From sequence record LR745206.1: DNA of 64,000 nucleotides; one strand, 5' to 3'. A model generated the notes under the pieces. It was not told the origin of the DNA. It did not search any database and saw only the letters and a list, made by a program, of their open reading frames with translations. Of this stretch, positions 36,324 to 47,715 are shown piece after piece. The position numbers were made by a program, and so were the translations under genes. Every line of letters starts with the position of its first letter. Positions within the stretch are counted from its first letter, which is position 1.

Positions 36324-37033
36324 AAACAAAACAAAGAATAAAAAATTTAAGAAGTATAGCTCCTGATTATCCGAGGATACCTCATTTTTCAAAAGCTATA
36401 TCAAATATGACTCACGATGATATATTAACTGAGTCGAATATACAATTCCCCTTATCTGGTTGGGTACAGGAGAAAGTTGATGGTGCTAATATGGGTATAT
36501 CCTGGACAAGTGGTCCACTTATTAGAAACAGAAATAATATTTTAAAGAAAGGATATATTGATACTGATACACCAGCTAAATTACAATTCAGGCCTGCTTG
36601 GAATTGGATACATGAACATGGACAAGATATTAGAAATATTTCTAAAGAGTTGATGTCTCCTGTGACAATTTATGGTGAGTGGATGTTAGCAAAACATTCA
36701 TTGGAATATGACAAATTAACTGATTGGTTTTTAGCTTATGATATTTATTTATCAGAAGAAAGAAGATTTTTGGCTCCTGATATTTTTGAGGAATTAATGT
36801 CTAAGACTAATATCAAATATATCAAACCAAAGAAGATAATATTTAATAATTTAGATGAGGTTGTTAGATATTCTGAGAAAAATTCAGATTTTAGAAATGG
36901 TAAACAAGAGGGTATCGTTATTAAAATATCTGATGGTAGTTCAGTAACAGATTCTTATAAAGTAGTTAATAAACACTTTATAAGAAGAGAAGATTTTAAT
37001 AAGGAATTAATAAAAAATAAGATTAAGAAATAA
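36320..37033 (+). CDS. ATP-dependent RNA ligase family protein
   Basis: Motif I QEKVDGAN, YGEW, AYDI, EGIVIK. Confidence 0.8.
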   Translation: MKTKQRIKNLRSIAPDYPRIPHFSKAISNMTHDDILTESNIQFPLSGWVQEKVDGANMGISWTSGPLIRNRNNILKKGYIDTDTPAKLQFRPAWNWIHEHGQDIRNISKELMSPVTIYGEWMLAKHSLEYDKLTDWFLAYDIYLSEERRFLAPDIFEELMSKTNIKYIKPKKIIFNNLDEVVRYSEKNSDFRNGKQEGIVIKISDGSSVTDSYKVVNKHFIRREDFNKELIKNKIKK

Positions 37034-37275
37034 TGGCAAATTGGTGGAATAATGTTAAAAGAGTAGATCAGTCTAAAAATGGTAAAAGGTTTTATACTTC
37101 CTTTGATATGTCAGAGGCTAAGAGAATGGAATCAATTCTTAACTCTAGAATAAAAAGAGGTGAAATACCTGCTAAGTTTAATCAATATATGTGTGATTGT
37201 GGATGTGGTGCAAGTGGATGTATAATTGTTAGTCAGTATGGTGAAATTATAAATAATTATGAAAACATATCCTAA
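37033..37275 (+). CDS. Hypothetical protein with CDCGC..C motif
   Basis: 80 aa ORF. Confidence 0.6.
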   Translation: MANWWNNVKRVDQSKNGKRFYTSFDMSEAKRMESILNSRIKRGEIPAKFNQYMCDCGCGASGCIIVSQYGEIINNYENIS

Positions 37276-37909
37276 AATAGAATATTATAATAAAGGTTTC
37301 TTTGGAGATACTGTTTATGCCTTTGATAAATTAGATGGATCTAATATAAGAGCTGAATGGAATAAAAAAAGAGGTTGGTATAAGTTTGGTACAAGAAAAC
37401 AAATGATAGATGAGAATGATCCAAACTTTGGAGATGCTATACCTATCTTCTTAAATAAGTATGGTGATGATTTAGAAAAGGTGTTTAGAAAGACATATTC
37501 TAACATACAGAATGTTGTCATTTTTGGTGAGTATGTAGGTGAGAATTCATTCAGTGGTCAACACAAAGAAGAGGATGAAAAGGACGTAGTTTTGTTTGAT
37601 GTGAATCTATATAAGAAAGGATTTATATCACCTAAGGATTTTTACAACAACTTTGGACATTTACATATACCTAATTTGGTTTATAAAGGTGTGTATGATG
37701 AAGACTTAATTAAAGATATTAGGAATAATAAAACTTTAAAAGAAGGTGTTATTTGTAAAGGAATTAGGAAAACAAAAGGTGATGAAATTGTTTGGATGAC
37801 TAAAATAAAAACTATTGATTGGTTAAATAAAGTTAAATCACTTTATGGTGAAAAAGCATTATTGGAAGAATTAAATAGTGATAAAAATTTACTATCTGAT
37901 TGTTTTTAA
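37259..37909 (+). CDS. RNA ligase family protein (second copy)
   Basis: Motif I FDKLDGSN, FGEY, LFDV, EGVICK, TKIK. Confidence 0.8.
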   Translation: MKTYPKIEYYNKGFFGDTVYAFDKLDGSNIRAEWNKKRGWYKFGTRKQMIDENDPNFGDAIPIFLNKYGDDLEKVFRKTYSNIQNVVIFGEYVGENSFSGQHKEEDEKDVVLFDVNLYKKGFISPKDFYNNFGHLHIPNLVYKGVYDEDLIKDIRNNKTLKEGVICKGIRKTKGDEIVWMTKIKTIDWLNKVKSLYGEKALLEELNSDKNLLSDCF

Positions 37910-38490
37910 TATTGTACAGTTGGTACCCAATATGTTGATTGGTTAAAATACCCATTAGTATCTGGTGTTACTGAAATACTATTAAATGATACGACTCCGT
38001 TCTGTATGCTATAAGCATTATTATTACCAGAATCATTATAATAAGTCATTTTACCACCTGGTTTAATATGTTCTAATGCAAAGGTTTTCATAAAATATGT
38101 AATATCTTCATCATGTATACCATCATAAAATATACCATCGTACTGTCCTAATGTATCTTTTACAGCAAACCAATCATCATGTATAATTGTAACATTATTT
38201 TTACCAACTGCCCAATCTACTAAATTTGTGTGAACTTGTGGATGTAATTCTATAATTGTATGTGAAGATGGACTTAATCCTTGTATATAGTCTGATGCTA
38301 TTCCCATACCAAATCCTATTTCTAAAATATCCCCACCGTTATGACAAACAATATTTGCATGTTGTTCCATTATAGAACTTTCCCAATCCATCATAACCTC
38401 ATATGGTTCAATATCACTTGTTATTTTATTTTCATAAAAAGTTAGTGTTGAGTTCTTAAAATCTTCTTTTGATAATTGTATTCCTGCCAT
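37906..38490 (-). CDS. SAM-dependent methyltransferase, GAMT/Rmt2-like
   Basis: VMMDWE, GGDILEIGFGMGI, HTIIELHPQV, DGIFYD. Confidence 0.8.
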   Translation of the reverse strand: MAGIQLSKEDFKNSTLTFYENKITSDIEPYEVMMDWESSIMEQHANIVCHNGGDILEIGFGMGIASDYIQGLSPSSHTIIELHPQVHTNLVDWAVGKNNVTIIHDDWFAVKDTLGQYDGIFYDGIHDEDITYFMKTFALEHIKPGGKMTYYNDSGNNNAYSIQNGVVSFNSISVTPDTNGYFNQSTYWVPTVQY

Positions 38491-38505
38491 TTTATTTTTT
38501 ATTTT

Positions 38506-40794
38506 TTATACTTGATACCATCTTGTTATTGAGCCATCTAATATAAATCGATATGATGAATTTTCAGAAAGTGATATAGAAGAGGTTGCTGATGAGGTTC
38601 CTAACATTTTAATTGTTGCGCCACCAGAAGCTGCTAAATCAACTGAACTACCACCACTAAGTGTTGTTGTTACAAATACAATCTCCTTCCCTGATGGACA
38701 TGGTAAATCAGGAAGTGAGTATGTAAATGAGCCCCCAGTTGGATCTGGTATTCTTACATAGTATGAACTTTGTTCTAATGTTTGTGGTTGTCCTAAATCT
38801 GGTACTTGGTAATTGTGTACATCATCAGGTCCAGTAGTAATTTCTAAATAATACCCAAATGTATTATTATATACGAAACTTCTTGATCTCCAGGGGGTTA
38901 ATAATATAGAAGATGTTGCCGCAACTTGTGATCCATCTAATAAAATACCAAGATCAGATTGTATATCAATACTACCAGATACTATATTTAGTGTTTTGAA
39001 TGTTATTACATGACCATCTTGTATACCATCAGTGGATGCGTCTGGTAAGTAATAATTTATTACTGATGTACCTCTACTTCCAATAGCTTGAGCCATTATA
39101 ACCTGTTCTTTTACTGTTAAATTAATACCAAATGTACCATTACCAACATTATCAGTACGTATATTATACGTTTGTCCAGTAGTTTTTGTATTTCCATATT
39201 TATTAATTGTTAAAGCATCAACCGGATCGGAAACACCATTACTAACACCAAATGCCAATTCACCAGATACTACATCAGTACCACTATGGTTATAATTATA
39301 TCCTTTAATTCTAGCAGCTGGATATTCAGTACCACCAAAATCAACAGTGCTAAAATCAATTCTGAAATCATTAGCACCTGCTCCGCTTGGGTTATATAAA
39401 ACTAAACCAGTGTTATTAGCTGGAGCTAATGGTTTTTCTATTTTTATTTTTCCATCATAGACATGTAAGGTTTCACTAGGTGATGTAAGTCCATACCCAA
39501 TACCAACATTTCCATTACTAATAGTTTGTAGTAAAACAGGGCCTGTGGAACCTGAGCTTTGACCACCACCCCCATTTATAAATAGAATTCCTCCTGTCCC
39601 TAAGTTAGTAGCCGATCCAGCTTTTATATGAATATTTCCTCCTGTTACACCAGCGGCTGTTGATGATCCACCTTGTATTATTAAACCATACCCATTACCC
39701 TCGGTAACATCATCTGAAGCAATAGACCTATCATTACCTGTTAAGAAGTTAATATTACCATCAATAGATAATTTCTCTGTTGGTTCTATTGTATTAATAC
39801 CTATATTACCAGTTCCAGGAGCAATGTATAAATAAGTTGATGTTCCACCATCTTCTGTGAGTTGGAATCCAGATCCATCAGAAGCAAAGTCTATACGTGA
39901 TGACATATAAATATTACCAATTCTATTTGAACCAGTTATACCTATATCTTGACCATCTGTATTTGGATATAAAACTCCTGTATCATTTATAAACCAATCT
40001 GATGATTGTATAGTATTTGTTCCATCCCATCGTGTAATTCTGTTATCAACCCCGGATCCACCTACTGAAATATCAGATAATAGAGCAATAGTACCACTAG
40101 CATCTTGTAATGTTTGTGTTCTATCAGCACTAGCAGTCGCATGTTCAATAATGGTTTCAAATGATCCACCCTTATTAAATCCCAATTGTGCAACATAACC
40201 AGTAAAATTTGTTTTTACTATAATATCAGCACCACCAAGAGAAGCAGAATTTAACACGTCTTGGTTTAATGTAACATTTCTAGTGGAAATAGCAGTTGGC
40301 CATTTGTTAGTTGTAAGGTTAGTTTTTGATGATAGGTCTGTATTGGCGATAAAAATACTATGCGGACCATTATTATAAGCAGGTGCTATATCACTTAGAC
40401 CCATAGAAATAGAATCATCCGTTATTTGAAGTTTACCATTCTTTGATAATAAACCAACTTTTAATTGTATAGCACTATCTGCATTATAAGTAGATAAAAC
40501 AACACTATTTGTTCCTACATAAATATCAGAATCGGATCCAAATCCTAACCATGTACTTTCGGTATCTCCATAATACCAAGATTCTCCATAAACCCCATTA
40601 TCACTCGTTATATCAAAAATATTATCACCACCAACTCTAAGATTTAGTTGACTTCCCCCGCTAAGAGCTTTTATAGTTCCAGATATACCAATATCATCAT
40701 TAACCTCTAAAATATTAGAAGTTAATGATGATGTAAATGATCCAATTGAAACTGTTCCTCCACTTAATCTTATGTCTTGTAAATACTTTGCCAT
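38506..40794 (-). CDS. Putative tail fibre / long virion fibre protein
   Basis: 762 aa Gly/Ser/Thr-rich, GNIGINTIEP and GNVGIG..PSETLHV beta-repeat motifs. Confidence 0.7.
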   Translation of the reverse strand: MAKYLQDIRLSGGTVSIGSFTSSLTSNILEVNDDIGISGTIKALSGGSQLNLRVGGDNIFDITSDNGVYGESWYYGDTESTWLGFGSDSDIYVGTNSVVLSTYNADSAIQLKVGLLSKNGKLQITDDSISMGLSDIAPAYNNGPHSIFIANTDLSSKTNLTTNKWPTAISTRNVTLNQDVLNSASLGGADIIVKTNFTGYVAQLGFNKGGSFETIIEHATASADRTQTLQDASGTIALLSDISVGGSGVDNRITRWDGTNTIQSSDWFINDTGVLYPNTDGQDIGITGSNRIGNIYMSSRIDFASDGSGFQLTEDGGTSTYLYIAPGTGNIGINTIEPTEKLSIDGNINFLTGNDRSIASDDVTEGNGYGLIIQGGSSTAAGVTGGNIHIKAGSATNLGTGGILFINGGGGQSSGSTGPVLLQTISNGNVGIGYGLTSPSETLHVYDGKIKIEKPLAPANNTGLVLYNPSGAGANDFRIDFSTVDFGGTEYPAARIKGYNYNHSGTDVVSGELAFGVSNGVSDPVDALTINKYGNTKTTGQTYNIRTDNVGNGTFGINLTVKEQVIMAQAIGSRGTSVINYYLPDASTDGIQDGHVITFKTLNIVSGSIDIQSDLGILLDGSQVAATSSILLTPWRSRSFVYNNTFGYYLEITTGPDDVHNYQVPDLGQPQTLEQSSYYVRIPDPTGGSFTYSLPDLPCPSGKEIVFVTTTLSGGSSVDLAASGGATIKMLGTSSATSSISLSENSSYRFILDGSITRWYQV

Positions 40795-40851
40795 TTATTG
40801 TCTTTTTCACTTTAATTTTAATTATGTAATCAATTACAAATTACGACAACC

Positions 40852-43800
40852 TTATGACTGTACTATTACATCAACTGTTATACTTTCTGATGATAAAACA
40901 TCAACAGAGTTTGTCGTTCTATTTTTAAATGTTACTATAACAACTTCACCAGTTGTTGTGTCCCATGCTTGTGCTATTATACCAGTTGATCCTAAATTAT
41001 GTGTTACTGTCGAGACAACATCTGCTGTTAAAGATAATGCTGATTCTGTATATTTAGTTATACCATAGTTAGGATCAAATATTATGTTATCTCCTGAGAA
41101 GGTTAAACCTCCATCAATTCCAAGATTAACATCTAATGTCACAAACCCTTGTGTTCCACCACCAGATAAACCAGCCCCAGCAGTAACTCCTGTTATATCA
41201 CCTAATGTTGATATAGAGTTATCAACATATTGTTTAGTAACCATTGTTAGGTCATTAAAACCTGGTAATGTACTAGGTTGTACTGTATATTTAGATAGTC
41301 CACCAGATACTTTAAAGTTATTTGTATATAAAGTATTACTTTCGGTAGCTATTATACTATCACCTGCTACAATAACTGAATAAGTAACACCAGATCTTAT
41401 ACTAGAATTCACGGAATTAAGTAAAAGAGCCATACTTACACCACCACCGGCACCAACAGAAGCTGTTAAACTTGCATTTTCTTGTAGGAAGAATTTATTT
41501 GTTGCTCCAGCCATACCCATAGTTATAAGACCAGCATTTCCACCCAAGACAGAAGCATTACTTAGAAGTTTTAGACTAATAGAATCTGAACCAATGCTAG
41601 TAGCCCATTGGTTATTATCCATAGAGACATTACTATCATTAGTTTCAAAATCAATTTGACCATTCGATCCATAATCATGATAAACATTATAACCATCACT
41701 TATTACAAAACCAGCTCCGGAGTATAGTGTATCGGTTGACATACCACTATTACCACCAGCATCAATATTTATTATTGAGAATTCTTTAGCTGATCCACTA
41801 GAAGTTGCATTAATAACAGTATTTTGTATTAATGATCCACCAAGTTGTATATTATCAGATGAAATACTTAAACCATTATTAGCTTGAGCATCTATTGTTA
41901 TAAATCCACTAGAACCTCCACCAGTTAAACCAGCCCCAGCAGTAACTCCAGATATAGTACCAATTGTTGTTGCTTCAAGCTCACCAGTTATTGGGTTTAT
42001 TGTAATTGTTGACCCATCAACAAGTGCTGTAATTTCATTTCCTGAGAAGGTTAAACCACCATTTGGTAGTAAGTCAACATCTATAACTGATCCATTAGCG
42101 ATAAGACCAACACCATCTAAGTTAGAGGCTGCTGATGCAAAATCTATTGATAATTCGTTATTCGTTTTTGTTAAACCAGTTCCAGCTTCTGTAATAATTA
42201 TAGATTCTGATCCAGAAAGTCCAGCTGACCAATAATCAGTTACTTCATCCCATACTAATGCTGCTGAAGCCGAAGAACCTCTACTAACTTCAATACCAGC
42301 ATCTAGGAAAGGTGATCCTGTACTATAAGTAGCATTTAATGTTATTATATTATCAGCAACATATAAGTCTTCTGTGTTAACATAAGTTGCTGTTCCAGAT
42401 ATTGTTAAATTTCCTGATACATAAATTGAATCAGTAAATGTTCTATCACCAGTAATTGTATTTTTCAATCTAACAACATCATTAAGTATTTCTAATGAAT
42501 CAGCGTTCACATTAACATCAAGAACTCCTGAGTTAGCAGTTAGACCATTTCCTTGTAAGTTAGTTGCTATTGTTGTATAAGCTAAATTAGCTTCATCAAC
42601 TTCTAAAGTACCAGCATCACCAGATGTTGAGAATGTTAAACCACCATTTGGTGTTAATTCAACATCAAGTTGAACATAACTTGAAGTACTACCAGCACCT
42701 CCACCAACTAAACCAGCTCCGGCTGTAATACCAGTAACTAATGTAGCTTTTCCAGCATCAACATATCCTTTATCAACTAAAGTTCTATTTGTGAACCCCG
42801 CTGAGTAATCAGCATTATATTCTAATCCAGCGGTGGTTGATCTAGAATCAATTATTCTAGCATTTCCTAAACCACCAAGAGTTAGACTAATTGATTCATT
42901 ACCACCAGCTTGTAGTCCAAAGTCTAATAACATAAGCTGTCCTCCAATTGATGCGTCAAACTCATCAACATAAACTCCACCACCAGTATGTCCAATAAAA
43001 ACTCCACCACCATCAGTTGGTGTAATATCCCATTCGATACCATCTACGATTACTTCGGAAGTAGCACCATTATCAATTGTCCCACCTATACCAATGAAAT
43101 CACTTGTAATATTCAAACCTTGATTTACATTAACATCTAATGTAACAAATCCTGATGCTCCACCACCAGATAAACCAGCTCCCGCTGTAACCCCTGTGAT
43201 GTCTCCTGTTGAAACGGCTGTTGGTACAAATTTCACACCATCAAATATAAGTGCTTGACCAGTTGTTGCTGATGTTGGGTCTATCTCGACTGCGTTTACA
43301 GAGAACGAAGAGCCAACAACATAAACACCACCAGTAGATAATAAGTCAAGATCTCCACCGGAAGATAATGTGGTATCACCACCAGATAATATCTGAGTAG
43401 ATCCTGTACCGGAATCTAGACTAACAAAATTACTCTCAACATCAAATGCTGATGAAGCAGTAAATAACATATAATCAAAATTACCAAGTGTTAAGTCAAA
43501 TGTTGCACCATCTATTGTTGTATTTTGTACTAAAGTTCCTCCTAATCCAACTGCATCTGAGATAATACTTAAACCATTTGTGGTATTAACATCCAATGTA
43601 ACAAATCCAGTAGAACCACCACCAGATAAACCATCTCCTGCTGTAACACCAGATATATCACCAGATGTCGTAGCTTCAAGTTCACCAGTTGTTGGATTTA
43701 TTGTTATAGTAACACCATCAACAAGTGCTGTAATAGAGTTTCCTGAGAAGGTTAGACCTCCATTATCTAATAGGTCAACTTCTAATGTAGTACCATCATT

Positions 43801-44361
43801 TGTTACTAAACCAGTACTTGCGATAGGAATTGCATCAAATACGATATTATCTCCTGAGAAAGTTAAACCTCCATTAACACCAAGATTAACACCAAGATCA
43901 ATAGATCCTTGTGTACCACCACCAGCTAAACCAGTACCAGCTATAATCCCAGTTATGTTACTAGTTGATGCTTGCCAAGTCGCATCACCACTACCATTTG
44001 ATGTTAAGATATACCCTGATGCTTCTGTTCCGTCTGTTAATTTAAATCCACCAACTCTTAATCCTGAATAGTTAGATATATTAACATCACCGATTATTTC
44101 CGATGAATCATTAGTTGATATGAATGCAAATTCATCAGCCGATTCATCCCATATAAATGCTTGTGTTGCTCCAGTTCCACGGTTAATAAAGAAACCTGAG
44201 TCTAATGCTGGGGTTCCAGATTGACTACCCGCAAGTAATATTATTGGGTCACTGACCAATAAGTTTGTTGTGTTGATAACTGATGCAGATCCTAAAACCG
44301 AAAACGATCCGTGAACTAATAAATCATCAAATATTTCTGTGTATCCGTAAATTCTTGGCAT
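40852..44361 (-). CDS. Putative tail fibre protein with GVTAGAGLSGGG repeats
   Basis: 1169 aa; repeated DITGVTAGAGLSGGG-x-GFVTLDV and GGLTFSG; terminal HNLG motif. Confidence 0.7.
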   Translation of the reverse strand: MPRIYGYTEIFDDLLVHGSFSVLGSASVINTTNLLVSDPIILLAGSQSGTPALDSGFFINRGTGATQAFIWDESADEFAFISTNDSSEIIGDVNISNYSGLRVGGFKLTDGTEASGYILTSNGSGDATWQASTSNITGIIAGTGLAGGGTQGSIDLGVNLGVNGGLTFSGDNIVFDAIPIASTGLVTNDGTTLEVDLLDNGGLTFSGNSITALVDGVTITINPTTGELEATTSGDISGVTAGDGLSGGGSTGFVTLDVNTTNGLSIISDAVGLGGTLVQNTTIDGATFDLTLGNFDYMLFTASSAFDVESNFVSLDSGTGSTQILSGGDTTLSSGGDLDLLSTGGVYVVGSSFSVNAVEIDPTSATTGQALIFDGVKFVPTAVSTGDITGVTAGAGLSGGGASGFVTLDVNVNQGLNITSDFIGIGGTIDNGATSEVIVDGIEWDITPTDGGGVFIGHTGGGVYVDEFDASIGGQLMLLDFGLQAGGNESISLTLGGLGNARIIDSRSTTAGLEYNADYSAGFTNRTLVDKGYVDAGKATLVTGITAGAGLVGGGAGSTSSYVQLDVELTPNGGLTFSTSGDAGTLEVDEANLAYTTIATNLQGNGLTANSGVLDVNVNADSLEILNDVVRLKNTITGDRTFTDSIYVSGNLTISGTATYVNTEDLYVADNIITLNATYSTGSPFLDAGIEVSRGSSASAALVWDEVTDYWSAGLSGSESIIITEAGTGLTKTNNELSIDFASAASNLDGVGLIANGSVIDVDLLPNGGLTFSGNEITALVDGSTITINPITGELEATTIGTISGVTAGAGLTGGGSSGFITIDAQANNGLSISSDNIQLGGSLIQNTVINATSSGSAKEFSIINIDAGGNSGMSTDTLYSGAGFVISDGYNVYHDYGSNGQIDFETNDSNVSMDNNQWATSIGSDSISLKLLSNASVLGGNAGLITMGMAGATNKFFLQENASLTASVGAGGGVSMALLLNSVNSSIRSGVTYSVIVAGDSIIATESNTLYTNNFKVSGGLSKYTVQPSTLPGFNDLTMVTKQYVDNSISTLGDITGVTAGAGLSGGGTQGFVTLDVNLGIDGGLTFSGDNIIFDPNYGITKYTESALSLTADVVSTVTHNLGSTGIIAQAWDTTTGEVVIVTFKNRTTNSVDVLSSESITVDVIVQS

Positions 44362-44409
44362 AATTTAATTTTTTTTTGTTTATATTTGTATATTATATAT
44401 TATTTTCAA

Positions 44410-47400
44410 TTATCCGATTATTACTGTTTTGACACTCGAAAGTGTTCGGCTTAACTGTATATCAACAGATCCCGTTCCTGTAATTTGAACGCTACCTGGT
44501 ATTATTTGTATTCCTGTTGAATCATATGTCTGTATTAAAAGATCCTCAGTATTTAAGTTATGTAATATTGTTTCTGTTACACTAGATGTAAATGATCTAA
44601 TATCTGTTACTTTTTTTGATAATCCTAATGTTGATGGTATTGAATCAACATAAGCTTTGTCTGGTATCCATCTGTCCCCGAAGTAAGATATACCATTAAC
44701 TTTATAATTATCATCATATCCAGCTCCTCTTAAATTAAGAGTATCTGTTATTAAAATTCCATTTGTGTCTGTTAGTATAGAGCTTTGACTACCACCAACA
44801 CCATCATACCAATATAATTGTGATCCAAATTGATCTACTGTTACATTAGCTGAGTCAAATGTTGCACCATCTTCCCACAACATGTATATGTGGTCAACCA
44901 TACTTTCTATCTTAGAATTATCACCAGTAGTTGATGATACTTTTGTCTCGATTATTGAATTATTTGGATCAATATTCAACTCTGTTGTTACAATACCACG
45001 AACCCCAGTGAATAATAAAAATTTATCAGTTTGGTTTACGGTAGTATCAGTTATTAAATAACCACTACCTCCATAAATACCACCATATCCAGTATCAACT
45101 ATAATATCATTTCCAGAGAAAGTTAAACCACCATCAATACCAAGATTAACATCTAATGTAACATATCCAGATGCTCCACCACCAGATAAACCAGCTCCTG
45201 CTGTAACACCAGTTATATCACCTGCTGATGCTACTGATACAAGTTCACCATTTATGATTTGTATTGTTGAGTTATCAACTAAAACTTCAATTGTTCCTGA
45301 TCCAGAGAAAGTTAAACCACCATCAATTGTTAAATCAGCATCTAATGTCACCGCTCCTGATGATCCACCACCAGTTAAACCTAAACCAGCACTAACATCA
45401 GTAATATCACCAGTAGTTGATAAAGGGTCATACCAGAAAAATTGTCCGGATGCTGTATATCCTAAAAGTAAACCTGGTGAAGCGGAATTACCAATATCGA
45501 ATCTTGAAGATGTTAATGATCCAAGTGTAACCTCAGCACTAACAGCAGTTGCTCCTAAAACTGTAAAATCAACAGTTGATCCATCAATAAAATTTGAATT
45601 ATCAAATATAACAGAATCAACAGAAGTGTTAAAGTCGGATATTTGGTTTGATGTTATTGAGATAGATTGTGTATATGCGTCTGTTAACTGACCTTGTGAA
45701 TTTACTGTAAAAACAACAGCTTCATTTGACGATCCATATGTACTACTTGTTACTCCCGTATTGTCTATTGATAAATAATTTCCAGATTTAGTTAATCCAA
45801 TTCCAGCTTCTGTTATTATAGTAGATTCTGATCCGGAAAGTCCGATTTGCCAATAGTCAAGTGTTTCATTCCATAATAATTTAGAATATGTTCCAGTTCC
45901 TCTATTAACTTCTATACCGGAATCTAATATAGGTGATCCACTATAAGTGGCATTTAATGTAATAATATTATCTCTTACATAAAGATTTTCTGTATTTACA
46001 TAGGTTGCTGTTCCGGATATTGTTAAATCACCCAATACTGTTAAATCACCTGATACTGTACCACCAGCAAGAGGTAAATAAGAACCAAAATCAGAAATAT
46101 CTGATTCTGATATAAATGACCAGTTAGCTTCACCAATAGATGTTACTGATTTTAGGAATTTACCTTGTGCTTGACTACCATCGTTTAGTCTAAGTGAATA
46201 GTTATTAGTTCCACCACCTGAGTTAATAAATATACCAATCGAATCACCCGTTGGATCAGCAGTTGATTGAACTACTATACCAGTTGAGCTACTAGCACCA
46301 AGACCTAATTGATATGATGCTGATATTCTAGCACCATATGATATTTCAGATGCGATTGGTACTAAAAATCCATCACCATTATTTATATTGAAGATTACTC
46401 TTCCACCTCCACCTAATCCATAATCACCTCCTATATCAATAACATTACCATCATATCTAAATATTGATGATGATGTTATAGATGATGTCCCAGTGAAGAA
46501 AGCTACTTGGCTAGCAGTACCATTACCAGAACCACTTGATACTAGGTTATCAACATATAACTTACTAACAAGTGAATTATTAACAAATGTCGATGAATAA
46601 TCAAATCCATATACTAATCCTTGTAGATTATCTATGACGACTGATCCAGTGGATGCTCCTATATTTAATGAACCACTAGCATCTATTATTATATCAGAAT
46701 TATCTAAAATTAAATATGACTTTAAGAATGATCCATTATCCGTTGATAATGATATTGAACTTGTTGAACCATAATCTAAATCTATTCGACCTTCACCATT
46801 AGAAGATAGTATAGATGTTGCTGTTCCCATTACAATAGAATTAACACCAGAATTATTATCGATGAATAAAACATCACTTAAACCAGCACCGGATGGTGCT
46901 CCCCAAGATAAATTACCTGATCCATCTGTTATTATTGACTGACCAACAGTTCCATCATAGTTTGGTAATGTATAAACATTATTTACATTAACATTATTAC
47001 CTAAGTAAACAGTATTAGATTGGGTTGCTGATAAATTTAAACCACCAATTATTACAGAGTTTATAACACCAGAATCAAATGAACCATTTGATGTGTTTAG
47101 ATATAAACCACTTCTAGATAATGATCCATTAGATGTTGATTGTGTTGAATTTTGAAGAGCTTGTATGTTATATCCACCACTAATACCTAATTCAAGTAAT
47201 AATTGCCCACTTACTCGTATAGATTCAGAGTCTATATAAGCGAATCCACCACTTTGATTATTGAACATTTGCACAACTGACCCATTTGAATATCCTCTAA
47301 ATCCAATTTGTGCTGTTGAATCACTAGCAAGTACGAATATATCTGTATCACCAAAATCATCTAATGATAAAAAGGCACTACCAGTTGCAGAAGTAAGAAC

Positions 47401-47637
47401 TTGATTTTCTGATAATACTATATCATTTGGACCAGAAATATTATCAGTGCTTAAAACCGCTGATAATGATGGAGTTACTCCTATACCACCGGTTGGACCT
47501 CCCCCAATTTCAGTAATAACACCGAATATATCTTTCTGTTTTAGTATTCCATCTAAATCATAAGCAACAAAATATCCACTTGATGGAGTACCTGCGCTTA
47601 ACATATCTAAAGTATTACCAAATAATATTGAACCCAT
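44410..47637 (-). CDS. Putative tail fibre protein paralogous to 40852..44361
   Basis: 1075 aa; shared LTISGTATYVNTE-x-LYV-x-DNIITLNATY module, same repeats, terminal HNLNT. Confidence 0.7.
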   Translation of the reverse strand: MGSILFGNTLDMLSAGTPSSGYFVAYDLDGILKQKDIFGVITEIGGGPTGGIGVTPSLSAVLSTDNISGPNDIVLSENQVLTSATGSAFLSLDDFGDTDIFVLASDSTAQIGFRGYSNGSVVQMFNNQSGGFAYIDSESIRVSGQLLLELGISGGYNIQALQNSTQSTSNGSLSRSGLYLNTSNGSFDSGVINSVIIGGLNLSATQSNTVYLGNNVNVNNVYTLPNYDGTVGQSIITDGSGNLSWGAPSGAGLSDVLFIDNNSGVNSIVMGTATSILSSNGEGRIDLDYGSTSSISLSTDNGSFLKSYLILDNSDIIIDASGSLNIGASTGSVVIDNLQGLVYGFDYSSTFVNNSLVSKLYVDNLVSSGSGNGTASQVAFFTGTSSITSSSIFRYDGNVIDIGGDYGLGGGGRVIFNINNGDGFLVPIASEISYGARISASYQLGLGASSSTGIVVQSTADPTGDSIGIFINSGGGTNNYSLRLNDGSQAQGKFLKSVTSIGEANWSFISESDISDFGSYLPLAGGTVSGDLTVLGDLTISGTATYVNTENLYVRDNIITLNATYSGSPILDSGIEVNRGTGTYSKLLWNETLDYWQIGLSGSESTIITEAGIGLTKSGNYLSIDNTGVTSSTYGSSNEAVVFTVNSQGQLTDAYTQSISITSNQISDFNTSVDSVIFDNSNFIDGSTVDFTVLGATAVSAEVTLGSLTSSRFDIGNSASPGLLLGYTASGQFFWYDPLSTTGDITDVSAGLGLTGGGSSGAVTLDADLTIDGGLTFSGSGTIEVLVDNSTIQIINGELVSVASAGDITGVTAGAGLSGGGASGYVTLDVNLGIDGGLTFSGNDIIVDTGYGGIYGGSGYLITDTTVNQTDKFLLFTGVRGIVTTELNIDPNNSIIETKVSSTTGDNSKIESMVDHIYMLWEDGATFDSANVTVDQFGSQLYWYDGVGGSQSSILTDTNGILITDTLNLRGAGYDDNYKVNGISYFGDRWIPDKAYVDSIPSTLGLSKKVTDIRSFTSSVTETILHNLNTEDLLIQTYDSTGIQIIPGSVQITGTGSVDIQLSRTLSSVKTVIIG

Positions 47638-47715
47638 CTATATAAAAAATTATTTATTACTCTATATATTATTTTACCAAATGCTTTTTATTTATTACCT
47701 TTGTAAAAAAGTAAT

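Noticed and set aside
40772-45691. Pro-rich plus-strand ORFs (40772, 41084, 43580, 45254)
   Set aside because: Antisense reading of Gly-rich fibre repeats (GGT to ACC/CCA)
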